Below are positions 20,182 through 29,747 of a stretch of DNA of 64,000 bases, one piece after another. Under the pieces are notes generated by a model that was not told the DNA's origin, made no database searches, and saw nothing but the letters and a program-made list of their open reading frames with translations. The stretch is from Tubiluchus corallicola. Taxonomy: Eukaryota; Animalia; Priapulida. The stretch spans positions 124,001-188,000 of the forward strand of contig JAQGDQ010002385.1 in NCBI GenBank assembly GCA_030141605.1, read 5' to 3'. A program made the translations under genes and the position numbers. How positions within the stretch are numbered: the first letter of the stretch is position 1; each line of letters starts with the position of its first letter.

Positions 20182-21078
20182 TCACACCTTATAATTCCAC
20201 GCCTTCATAATCCGCAATAGAAAGTCCCGAAAGACAATAACACGTTGAGAATCGCGTAATTCTTCCGAGTAAACAAAATAACTTTCAATCTCTGGCGCTT
20301 TTGCGTCTTTCAAAATTTTAACAAGCGGATCATCCTTCTTAACAAGATAATCAGGAAAACATCCTATTCCTCCACCTGCACAAACAACCTGATAAATTCC
20401 ATAAATATTATTAATTGCCAATGTCGCTTTACGTGCAGAATCCGAAGTCCTTCCTGCCTCAAGAAGCCAGTTAATATCAGGAACAGGAGAACGTGACGAA
20501 TCCCCAAAAACAATCAGCTTATGGTTATCTAAATCATCAAGAGTCTTAGGTTCTCCATAGGTCTCCAAGTAACTTTTAGAAGCAAAAACACTATTACGAA
20601 TAGTTAACAAATGACGCCGAATTAACTCCCCCTGGCGTGGCGGAAACATACGAATCGCAACATCCGCCTCACGCATAGCGATATTCATCTCCGTGTCCGC
20701 CAAAATCAAAGAAATCTCAATATCAGGATACAATTCCATAAACTCTTTTATATGTGGCGCTATCCAAACGCTTCCAAATGCTATCGTTGTCGTAATCTTC
20801 AAGGGACCTAACGCCTTTTCTTTCGTCTCCCGTATCCGAAGCTCTGTGGCCTGAAGGCGTGCGAAAATATCCCGAACAGCTCTGTAAAGAACCTCTCCCT
20901 GCTCTGTTAAAATAATACCACGCGCATGACGGTGAAATAACGGCACATGAAGACTCGCCTCAAGATTACTAATCTGACGGCTAATAGCAGATTGGCTTAA
21001 ATGCAATGTCTCTGCCGCGCGCGTAAAGCTGCCTGACTCCGCAACAACATGAAAAATCCTCAGCTTATCCCAATCCAT
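20182..21078 (-). CDS. lsrB: LysR-family regulator, LsrB/VtlR orthologue
   Basis: N-terminus MDWDKLRIFH...LHLSQSAISRQI...LFHRHARGIILTEQGE and position downstream of trxB match LsrB/VtlR. Confidence 0.88.
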   Translation of the reverse strand: MDWDKLRIFHVVAESGSFTRAAETLHLSQSAISRQISNLEASLHVPLFHRHARGIILTEQGEVLYRAVRDIFARLQATELRIRETKEKALGPLKITTTIAFGSVWIAPHIKEFMELYPDIEISLILADTEMNIAMREADVAIRMFPPRQGELIRRHLLTIRNSVFASKSYLETYGEPKTLDDLDNHKLIVFGDSSRSPVPDINWLLEAGRTSDSARKATLAINNIYGIYQVVCAGGGIGCFPDYLVKKDDPLVKILKDAKAPEIESYFVYSEELRDSQRVIVFRDFLLRIMKAWNYKV

Positions 21079-21117
21079 ACTACTAACCGCCCATTTTCGC
21101 TTATGATCTCATAAATC

Positions 21118-22080
<963 letters not shown>

Positions 22081-22121
22081 TTATAATTATAATTAAACAC
22101 AAATATCAATAATATGTCCAT

Positions 22122-22153
22122 AAAAAATTCCGGTAGTAATAACCCACCGGAAT
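22122..22153 (-). terminator. Rho-independent terminator after ahpC
   Basis: Minus strand ATTCCGGTGG-gttatta-CTACCGGAAT followed by a T-run. Confidence 0.75.
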
Positions 22154-22176
22154 CTTAAACGACAAATAATCAAAAA

Positions 22177-22782
22177 TTAAAGTTTAGACGCGTTCTTTGA
22201 AAGATAATCCGCGACACCTTCCGCGTCAGGACGCATGCCATCATCCCCTTTCTGCCAACCCGCAGGGCAAACATTGCCATACTGCTCATGATACTGCAGC
22301 GCGTCTATCAAGCGAATCGCCTCATCAACATTACGACCCAAGGGAAGATCATTAACACTCGCATGGCGAATAAGACCTTCTTTGCCAATCAAGAAGCTTC
22401 CTCGATACGCAACTTGCATATCCGATAAAACACCATAACGACGAGAAATATCCCCTCCAATATCCGCGACCATCGGAAATTGAACATTCCCTAAGCCGCC
22501 TTCCTCAACAACTGTATTTTTCCACGCCAAATGCGTAAATTGAGAATCAATACTCACACCGACTACTTTTGTACGCCTCGCCTCAAAAGCTGACAAGCGA
22601 TTATGATGCGCAAGAATCTCAGACGGGCACACAAACGTAAAATCCAGTGGCCAAAAGAAAAGCCAACCATATCCTCCGCTTAAATAATCCATTAAATTAA
22701 AATCCTCAACGATTACATTGTCTGGCTGAACAGCCGCAGCAGTAAAATCAGGCGCTTTTTTTCCAACAAGTGTTGTCATCAT
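22177..22782 (-). CDS. ahpC: 2-Cys peroxiredoxin (AhpC/Prx1)
   Basis: FWPLDFTFVCPSE, NDLPLGRNVDE and VCPAGW. Confidence 0.93.
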   Translation of the reverse strand: MMTTLVGKKAPDFTAAAVQPDNVIVEDFNLMDYLSGGYGWLFFWPLDFTFVCPSEILAHHNRLSAFEARRTKVVGVSIDSQFTHLAWKNTVVEEGGLGNVQFPMVADIGGDISRRYGVLSDMQVAYRGSFLIGKEGLIRHASVNDLPLGRNVDEAIRLIDALQYHEQYGNVCPAGWQKGDDGMRPDAEGVADYLSKNASKL

Positions 22783-22824
22783 TTTATCTATTCCTTATTC
22801 TTTAAAGATTATTTCCAAATTATT

Positions 22825-23814
22825 TTATTCCTTATACCACAAAAATTGTCTGCATGTCTTTAGTGAAAGCATATCCACAAGGCGCATAAGAATACCACAT
22901 ATCAATAAAGAAGCGATAAAGCGCACCGGCAAAAGCCAAATAATACTCGCTCCCGCCGCCGCTATAATCATCGTGTCTTCTATCAAACTATGGCAAATCC
23001 CCATAAAAGTAATCGCGCCAAAAGCATCCCTCCGATCAATTGTGCCGGAACGAACTTCGTTGATAATAATACCACTTCCATATGTCATTCCCAGTGATAA
23101 CCCTATCACTGTAATCATTGCGCCCTTTTCCCCAACGCCAATTGCTCTCATAAGCGGCAAACAAATCTTGTTTAAAATCTCAATAACACCCGACCATTTT
23201 AAAAATTGTATCAGTAAAATCAACCCCCAAATCACAACAAAAATCCACGCAAGAATCTTAATTTCCCTTAATATCCAAAAAACAAGCGCCTGATCCTCAG
23301 GAGCCTCAGGAATAAACGTATAACTCGCTACATCCTGCAATATGCCAAAATAAGACGTAACATAATAAGTAAGCCAGCCCATGAAAAAAGACGTAAGAGT
23401 ACGGAATATACTCTGAAAAAAAGGCCTAGAGCCACATTTCATCGCAATGGAAGACTCAACAGGAAGCGCGTGCCCCATCGACATCATTATTCCCAAAGAT
23501 GTCACCTGAGCAACCGTAAGTTCTCCACCAGGAAAAAGAGCAAATAATACAAAAATTCCGCTGTAAGTCGTATTTAAAAGAGACGTCGCCCATACCAAAC
23601 TCGCCTCCGCAGGCAAGCCACATATTTCCATTAAAGGCGCCAAAGGAAACGTCAGTAAAGCAATAAGATCCAACTCCACCAAAATTTTAACAAAAATAAT
23701 AGCCGGAACCATAACCTTACAAAGCTCCCACATTGTCCCTCTGGCCAATAGAAAACTCGGCTGAACAGCATGCTTCAAATAAAGAAGACGCTCCCTCATA
23801 ACAGTCATACTCAT
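22825..23814 (-). CDS. Nucleoside-recognition (Gate) domain membrane protein
   Basis: Polytopic hydrophobic protein with PLMEICGLP, HALPVE, GMTYGSG and CHSLIEDT motifs. Confidence 0.7.
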   Translation of the reverse strand: MSMTVMRERLLYLKHAVQPSFLLARGTMWELCKVMVPAIIFVKILVELDLIALLTFPLAPLMEICGLPAEASLVWATSLLNTTYSGIFVLFALFPGGELTVAQVTSLGIMMSMGHALPVESSIAMKCGSRPFFQSIFRTLTSFFMGWLTYYVTSYFGILQDVASYTFIPEAPEDQALVFWILREIKILAWIFVVIWGLILLIQFLKWSGVIEILNKICLPLMRAIGVGEKGAMITVIGLSLGMTYGSGIIINEVRSGTIDRRDAFGAITFMGICHSLIEDTMIIAAAGASIIWLLPVRFIASLLICGILMRLVDMLSLKTCRQFLWYKE

Positions 23815-24965
23815 ACGCTCTTACCTTTCAATGCAGAGTGTGTAATAATTCCTCCCCCTAACAATCGCTCTCCCTCATAAAAACCACATAGCTGCCCCGG
23901 CGCGACAGCAGATAAGGTTTCTTCAAAAATAGCATGTCCCTCCCCATTTTCCCCACAATATAACATAGCAGGCATAAGAGGCTGCATAGAGCGAACCTTC
24001 GCCAAAACAGAAAAACAATCTCCCGCTGATAACGAGAACTCATCTCCTAAAAGCCAATTGATATCCTTTAAATAAACACAATCTACCCACAACGAACGAC
24101 GTGGACCAACAATAACCTCATTTCTCTTCGGGTCCAAGCGAATAACGTATAAAGGCTCCTGACTCCCTCCAATGGAAAGCCCCCTACGCTGACCAACCGT
24201 ATAATATTCCAGCCCCTTATGGGTTCCTAAAACAGCTCCTTCCTCATCAACAATATTTCCCTCACAAGACATCCGAGGCCGTAAGGAAAAAATAACATCC
24301 GTATACGATCCTTCAGGAACAAAACAAATATCCTGACTATCTGGCTTACTCGCAACAGGCAAACCATAATGAGACGCTAAAAGGCGTGTCTCATCCTTCG
24401 TTAAATTACCCAGTGGAAAACGCACAGAACGCAGCTGATCCCGCTTGACCAGCCCAAGGAAATAGCTCTGATCCCGCCTATCGTCAATCGCACGATAAAG
24501 CGCAGGAATACCCGTTTCACCTCGCCATAGAATATAATGCCCCGTAACTAGAATATCCGCCCCCATAGAGCGGCAGGAGTCCAAAAGAGCCCCAAACTTT
24601 ACCCGGCGATTACAATGCGCGCACGGTATCGGCGTGCGGCCATGAAGATAACTCTCAACAAATGGATCAACAACCTCTTTGTAAAATAAATCTCTAAAAT
24701 CAAGAATATGATGCTCAATTCCTAAGAATCCAGCGACACGACGCGCATCCTCTATCGCCTGGCGATCGCACCCAAAATCATCCGTTTGAGAAACGCGAGT
24801 CTGCAAATGCAACGTCACGCCATTCACATGAAATCCCCGATCTTTCAAAACTGCCGCAACGGTCGAGCTGTCAACACCTCCAGACATAGCAACCATAACA
24901 TAAGAGTCCTCAGGAATATCAAAACAAACCTTCTTCATGATTTCCTGTATTTGTTCACCCATCAA
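23811..24965 (-). CDS. mnmA: tRNA 2-thiouridine(34) synthase
   Basis: AMSGGVDSS, TPIPCAHCN, TGHY, DQSYFL, DSQDICF and YTVGQRRGL. Confidence 0.97.
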   Translation of the reverse strand: MMGEQIQEIMKKVCFDIPEDSYVMVAMSGGVDSSTVAAVLKDRGFHVNGVTLHLQTRVSQTDDFGCDRQAIEDARRVAGFLGIEHHILDFRDLFYKEVVDPFVESYLHGRTPIPCAHCNRRVKFGALLDSCRSMGADILVTGHYILWRGETGIPALYRAIDDRRDQSYFLGLVKRDQLRSVRFPLGNLTKDETRLLASHYGLPVASKPDSQDICFVPEGSYTDVIFSLRPRMSCEGNIVDEEGAVLGTHKGLEYYTVGQRRGLSIGGSQEPLYVIRLDPKRNEVIVGPRRSLWVDCVYLKDINWLLGDEFSLSAGDCFSVLAKVRSMQPLMPAMLYCGENGEGHAIFEETLSAVAPGQLCGFYEGERLLGGGIITHSALKGKSV

Positions 24966-25054
24966 TAATCCTTATTATTTCACTCTTGATATTAACATGT
25001 ATTCTTCATATACTAGCCCGTGTTAACATATCTATCCACCAATCTTAACCCCGC

Positions 25055-25080
25055 TAAAGCATAGTATTAAAGCATAGTAT
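25055..25080. repeat. Perfect 13-bp tandem duplication upstream of rquA
   Basis: TAAAGCATAGTAT x2. Confidence 0.8.
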
Positions 25081-25124
25081 TGAATAATGACAAAAGCTGC
25101 AATAAAAATACAGGCTAATCAAAT

Positions 25125-25847
25125 ATGAAATTACATACCATAAAAACAACAGAAGAGCTTCATAGCACTTCTTCCTCATTGCTGGAGAACCCAGAGGAGC
25201 AGGACTATATGAAAACAGTCTATGAATGGGCCTATATCTCTCCGGAAAACGTCGCTATACTTGATAATACACTCACTGTCTCCCTCTTGCTTTTCTTTAA
25301 CGACAAAAAACTCATAAAACACTATCTAAAAGAAATTAACCCAGGCGATACAATGCTCATGATTGCCCACGTTTATGGTAGCCTCGTGAAACAAATCGCA
25401 CAAAAAGTCGGAAAAACAGGAACATTCCACCTAAGCGACATCACACCAATACAAGTGCAGCACGCAAAACGAAAACTCTGCGCCTATCCATGGGCCAAAG
25501 TATGGCAAGAAGACGCCCAAACATCCGGAAAAGGAAATTATGATATCGTCGGAAGCTTCTTCCTGCTTCATGAAGTCCCCGACACTATAAAAACAGGCGT
25601 TGTCGATAATATGCTCCGCCAAATTACAAAAAACGGAAAAGCTGTCTTTATCGACTATCACATTCCCGCTCTATACCATCCATGCAGACCTATCCTAAGT
25701 TATATATGCGACCAACTGGAACCTTTCGCAAAATCCCTCTGGAAAAAAGAAATCCAGCAATTCGCAACCCATGCCGATAACTTCACATGGCATAAAGAAA
25801 CCTTCTTTGGTGGCACTTATCAAAAAGTTGTCGCAACCCCTAAATAA
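25125..25847 (+). CDS. rquA: Rhodoquinone biosynthesis protein RquA (methyltransferase-like)
   Basis: DYMKTVYEWAYISP, AHVYG, DITPIQV, FFLLHEVPD, FIDYHIP, LEPFA and FFGGTYQKVVA are characteristic of RquA. Confidence 0.9.
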   Translation: MKLHTIKTTEELHSTSSSLLENPEEQDYMKTVYEWAYISPENVAILDNTLTVSLLLFFNDKKLIKHYLKEINPGDTMLMIAHVYGSLVKQIAQKVGKTGTFHLSDITPIQVQHAKRKLCAYPWAKVWQEDAQTSGKGNYDIVGSFFLLHEVPDTIKTGVVDNMLRQITKNGKAVFIDYHIPALYHPCRPILSYICDQLEPFAKSLWKKEIQQFATHADNFTWHKETFFGGTYQKVVATPK

Positions 25848-25872
25848 ACCACTAGAAATAAAACACACCGCC

Positions 25873-26445
25873 ATGAAAAAAAATATAACTATCGCCATAT
25901 CTGGAGCAAGCGGCGCTCTTTACGGCATAAAAATTCTCGAAATGGCGCACAAATATAAACAAGCGCTGCAAATTAACGAAATTCATCTCATAATCTCGCA
26001 CTACGCGCAAAAAACAATCAGTATCGAGACAAACAAAAATTTAAAAACACTCACAACACTTGCCACACATGTCCATAAAAATGACGATATGACAGCTCCG
26101 ATCGCCAGCGGATCATACCCTGTGGAAGCCATGATCGTCGCTCCATGCTCTGTGAAAACACTCGCCGCAATCGCCGGCTCACACAATAATACCCTGATCG
26201 CTCGATCCGCTGATGTCACGCTAAAAGAAAAAAAAACCCTGCTGCTCATGGTTCGAGAAACACCCCTGCATCAACAACATCTCGCCATCATGCAAAACGC
26301 CGCACTGACAGGTGCCATCATCATGCCTCCTTCTCCAGCCTTCTATACACATCCCAAAACAATCAATGATATTGTTACACAAACTGCAGCGCGTGCCCTG
26401 AAACTCATCGGATTTCCGCCTCCCTCCCTAACAGTATGGTCCTGA
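25873..26445 (+). CDS. ubiX: Flavin prenyltransferase
   Basis: ISGASGALYG, IASGS, APCSVKTL, ADVTLKE, VRETP and PPSPAFY. Start moved to ATG 25873. Confidence 0.95.
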   Translation: MKKNITIAISGASGALYGIKILEMAHKYKQALQINEIHLIISHYAQKTISIETNKNLKTLTTLATHVHKNDDMTAPIASGSYPVEAMIVAPCSVKTLAAIAGSHNNTLIARSADVTLKEKKTLLLMVRETPLHQQHLAIMQNAALTGAIIMPPSPAFYTHPKTINDIVTQTAARALKLIGFPPPSLTVWS

Positions 26446-26457
26446 AAATCCCCTACA

Positions 26458-27375
26458 ATGCCTGAAAAAACCACTCCTTGCTATACTCTCTTAAATGATC
26501 GCGCCGTAGGCCTCGTTACAGGAAAAGACGCTCTTTCCTTTCTTCAAAGGCTTATAAGCTGCGATATGGAACAAGATCAAAAGAAAACCCCTCTCTTTGG
26601 CGCCCTGCTTAACGCAAAAGGACGATGGCTATACGACTTTTTCATATGCCCATGGAAAAACGGATTCCTAATTGAAACAGAAAAAAAAGACCTCCCTAAC
26701 CTTATCAAACAACTCCTCTTTTATAAACTGCAGGCCAATGTCACCATAACAGCCATGCCCACCATAGCTGTCGCCTGCTTCTTTCCGCCACACACCCAAA
26801 AAATACATCCTCTGTTTCCCGAAAGCTATCCCGCGCTAACACAATTAAAAGAAGGGATCATCTTCACAGATCCACGACACACAAACCTCGGAATCAGAAC
26901 TCTCCTCCCTCTCAACGTCATCACGGAAATCACACAGCAAATTACCAACCTCTCCAAAAGTGAAACCGCTTACAGACAAAAAAGAATAAAACTCGGCTTC
27001 CCACAAGGAAGAAACGATATGAATTATGGAAAATCACTCCCCATAGAATATGGATTCGACGAAATTAACGCACTCAGCTATACAAAAGGATGCTACATAG
27101 GGCAAGAAGTTACAAATTCCGCCAAGCATCGTATGGTTATCAGAAAACGACTCCTGCCCTTTACCGTCAAAGAAACACCCTGCCCCAAAAGCGGAACAGC
27201 CGTAACGTATAACGGTCAGAAAATCGGAATCACACGATCATCAGCCTTTCCCTATCTTCTTGCTCATATCAAAACCGCCTATTTAAATAAAACATTAATG
27301 GCAGGGGAAAAACGCCTAATACCGGTCCTACCCTCCTGGATTAATCTCAATCCAGGAATCCATGACCCTTCCTAA
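26458..27375 (+). CDS. ygfZ: Folate-binding Fe-S cluster/tRNA-modification protein YgfZ
   Basis: KGCYIGQE signature; GKDALSFLQ; DPR. Confidence 0.93.
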   Translation: MPEKTTPCYTLLNDRAVGLVTGKDALSFLQRLISCDMEQDQKKTPLFGALLNAKGRWLYDFFICPWKNGFLIETEKKDLPNLIKQLLFYKLQANVTITAMPTIAVACFFPPHTQKIHPLFPESYPALTQLKEGIIFTDPRHTNLGIRTLLPLNVITEITQQITNLSKSETAYRQKRIKLGFPQGRNDMNYGKSLPIEYGFDEINALSYTKGCYIGQEVTNSAKHRMVIRKRLLPFTVKETPCPKSGTAVTYNGQKIGITRSSAFPYLLAHIKTAYLNKTLMAGEKRLIPVLPSWINLNPGIHDPS

Positions 27376-27519
27376 AGCCCATGATACCCTTTCAAACATA
27401 CATATAATGCAAAAAAAATCAAAAAATCTTTGCTTTTTTTCTTCGTATTCTATATACCAAAGAGTATATACTTAATAAAAAACATACTCGAAAAGAAATA
27501 GAATATTTATGGAGACGCT

Positions 27520-27738
27520 ATGGCAAAAGAAGATATAATGGAGTTTACAGGAACAGTTACAGAACTCCTTCCTAATGCTATGTTCAGAGTGAAACTAGAA
27601 AATAATCATGAAATTATTGCATATACAGCAGGAAAAATGCGTAAACATCGTATTCGTGTTCTTGTTGGCGATGTCGTGAACATTGAAATGACCCCCTATG
27701 ATCTCAATCGAGGACGTATCACATTCCGGCATAAATAA
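27520..27738 (+). CDS. infA: Translation initiation factor IF-1
   Basis: MAKED...[12 protein letters not shown]...GKMRKHRIR...MTPYDL. Confidence 0.98.
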   Translation: MAKEDIMEFTGTVTELLPNAMFRVKLENNHEIIAYTAGKMRKHRIRVLVGDVVNIEMTPYDLNRGRITFRHK

Positions 27739-27740
27739 AA

Positions 27741-28385
27741 ATGCAACAAACGCTTTCTAACCATAAGCAAAAAATCCCCCCCTTTATTCTCGCATCACAA
27801 TCCCCACAGAGAAAAAAGCTCCTTTCATCCATCGGTATCATTCCTGATGAAGTGTTTCCTGCAGCCATTTCAGAAAAAGTTCATAAAAAAGAAACACCCA
27901 GAAATCACGCTTGCCGACTCGCAAAGGAAAAAGCGCTCTATGTCGCCTTTAAGCGGCCCGAAAGCTTTATACTCGCCGCTGATACAGTTGTCGCTTGCGG
28001 ACGGCGTATCCTCGGAAAACCACAAAATAGCCAAGAGGCACACGCTTTTCTTTCGCTACTATCCGGGCGAAGACACCGCGTTCATACAGGGATCGCTCTG
28101 ATAACGCCAGAAACATTCTGCAGAACAAAAACAATAACAACTATCGTTCATTTCAAAAAACTCCATCCCAGCGAGATTAATGCATATATTAAAACAAACG
28201 AATGGAAAGGTAAAGCCGGAGGATATGCCATACAAGGGCTCGCCGAACTCTTTGTGCAAAAAATTATCGGCTCATGGTCAAATGTTGTCGGTCTTCCCCT
28301 GCTGGAAACAATCCATCTCCTTGAAGGAAATAAATATCCTCTCTCTTTAACCTCTCTCATGCAAAAACATATCCCCCATGAATGA
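27741..28385 (+). CDS. maf: Maf-family nucleoside triphosphate pyrophosphatase
   Basis: ILASQSPQR, AADTVV, ILGKP, GKAGGYAIQG and SNVVGLP. Confidence 0.94.
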   Translation: MQQTLSNHKQKIPPFILASQSPQRKKLLSSIGIIPDEVFPAAISEKVHKKETPRNHACRLAKEKALYVAFKRPESFILAADTVVACGRRILGKPQNSQEAHAFLSLLSGRRHRVHTGIALITPETFCRTKTITTIVHFKKLHPSEINAYIKTNEWKGKAGGYAIQGLAELFVQKIIGSWSNVVGLPLLETIHLLEGNKYPLSLTSLMQKHIPHE

Positions 28386-29742
28386 TATACCGGACCTATT
28401 TACCACCCTTTCCTCTCCCGTCAATACATTTCCCATTCTCTCTGTCAGTGAGCTCTCAAAGCAATTACGAGCAACAATCGAAGAATGTTTCCCCATCCTG
28501 AAAATTCGTGGCGAAATCTCCACGCTCACAAAAGCACGCTCCGGACATGTCTATCTGTCCCTGAAAGATTCAAACGCTGTCATTGACGCCGTCTGCTGGA
28601 AAACAACCGCCCGAAAACTTCCCTTCCAACCCGAAAACGGAATGGAAATCATCGCGACAGGATATCTGACAATCTACGCTGAGCGCTCACGCTACCAGCT
28701 CATTATTAACCATATGGAAATCGCAGGCGAAGGTGCTTTGCTAAAACAATTGGAAGAGCGAAAAAAAAAGCTTCAGGCCGAAGGAATCTTCGCACTTGAG
28801 CGGAAAAAAGACCTCCCCGCTTTTCCACAAAAAATCGGCCTTATCACCTCCCCTAGCGGCGCTGTCCTTCAGGATATGCTTCACAGATTCGAAGAGCGTT
28901 TCCCCTGCAATTTGCTTCTATGGCCTGTAAATGTCCAAGGGCAAAACGCAGCCAAACAAATTATCGCCGCCATCAAAGGATTCAACGCAAAAAATAACAT
29001 TCCTAAAGAAAAACCCGACCTGCTGATCATAGCAAGAGGCGGCGGAAGTATCGAAGACCTCTGGTGTTTCAATGAAGAAAATGTCGCGCGAGCAATCGCC
29101 GCAAGCCATATTCCCATCATCTCTGCCATCGGGCATGAAACCGACATCACACTCGCGGACCTAGCCGCGGATAAACGCGCACCAACGCCAACCGCCGCCG
29201 CGGAGTTCGCTGTCCCGCTCAAAACACACCTTCTGCAACAACTCCATACCCTAAAAAAACGAAGCCAACAACAAATAAAAAATATCCTCTTCCCAAAATT
29301 TAAACAGCTACAACTAGAACAGCAGCGACTAAACGCAACTCTCCATCAGTTCGATCGCATGAGCTTTACACTAGAAGACAAAAAAACAACCCTCCATAAA
29401 ATTATCACGCATATCCTCCATACCGCTTCAATAAGTCATCAAAACAATATCCAAAAACTGCACGACCCTTCCCCTAAAGTTGATATCCTTCAGCAACAAT
29501 ATAAAGCCCTGTCAAAACGACACAACAGCGCCCTAAAATATCTCTGCGAAAGCAAACAAACACAACTGGAAAAAACAGCCCTCCAGCTAAACAGCCTCTC
29601 GATTGAGCAAACCCTTAAACGAGGATTTACCCTCACCCTTGATCAACAAGGGAGAATTCTTCCTTCTGTAAAAACGCTTTCACCTAAGAAAAAAATCACC
29701 CTGAAATTCAAAGACGGAACAAAAACAGCTATCGTTAAATAG
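28378..29742 (+). CDS. xseA: Exodeoxyribonuclease VII large subunit
   Basis: SVSELS, SGHVYLSLKD, ARGGGSIEDL, SAIGHETD and APTPTAAAE. Confidence 0.96.
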   Translation: MNDIPDLFTTLSSPVNTFPILSVSELSKQLRATIEECFPILKIRGEISTLTKARSGHVYLSLKDSNAVIDAVCWKTTARKLPFQPENGMEIIATGYLTIYAERSRYQLIINHMEIAGEGALLKQLEERKKKLQAEGIFALERKKDLPAFPQKIGLITSPSGAVLQDMLHRFEERFPCNLLLWPVNVQGQNAAKQIIAAIKGFNAKNNIPKEKPDLLIIARGGGSIEDLWCFNEENVARAIAASHIPIISAIGHETDITLADLAADKRAPTPTAAAEFAVPLKTHLLQQLHTLKKRSQQQIKNILFPKFKQLQLEQQRLNATLHQFDRMSFTLEDKKTTLHKIITHILHTASISHQNNIQKLHDPSPKVDILQQQYKALSKRHNSALKYLCESKQTQLEKTALQLNSLSIEQTLKRGFTLTLDQQGRILPSVKTLSPKKKITLKFKDGTKTAIVK

Positions 29743-29747
29743 CGCGC

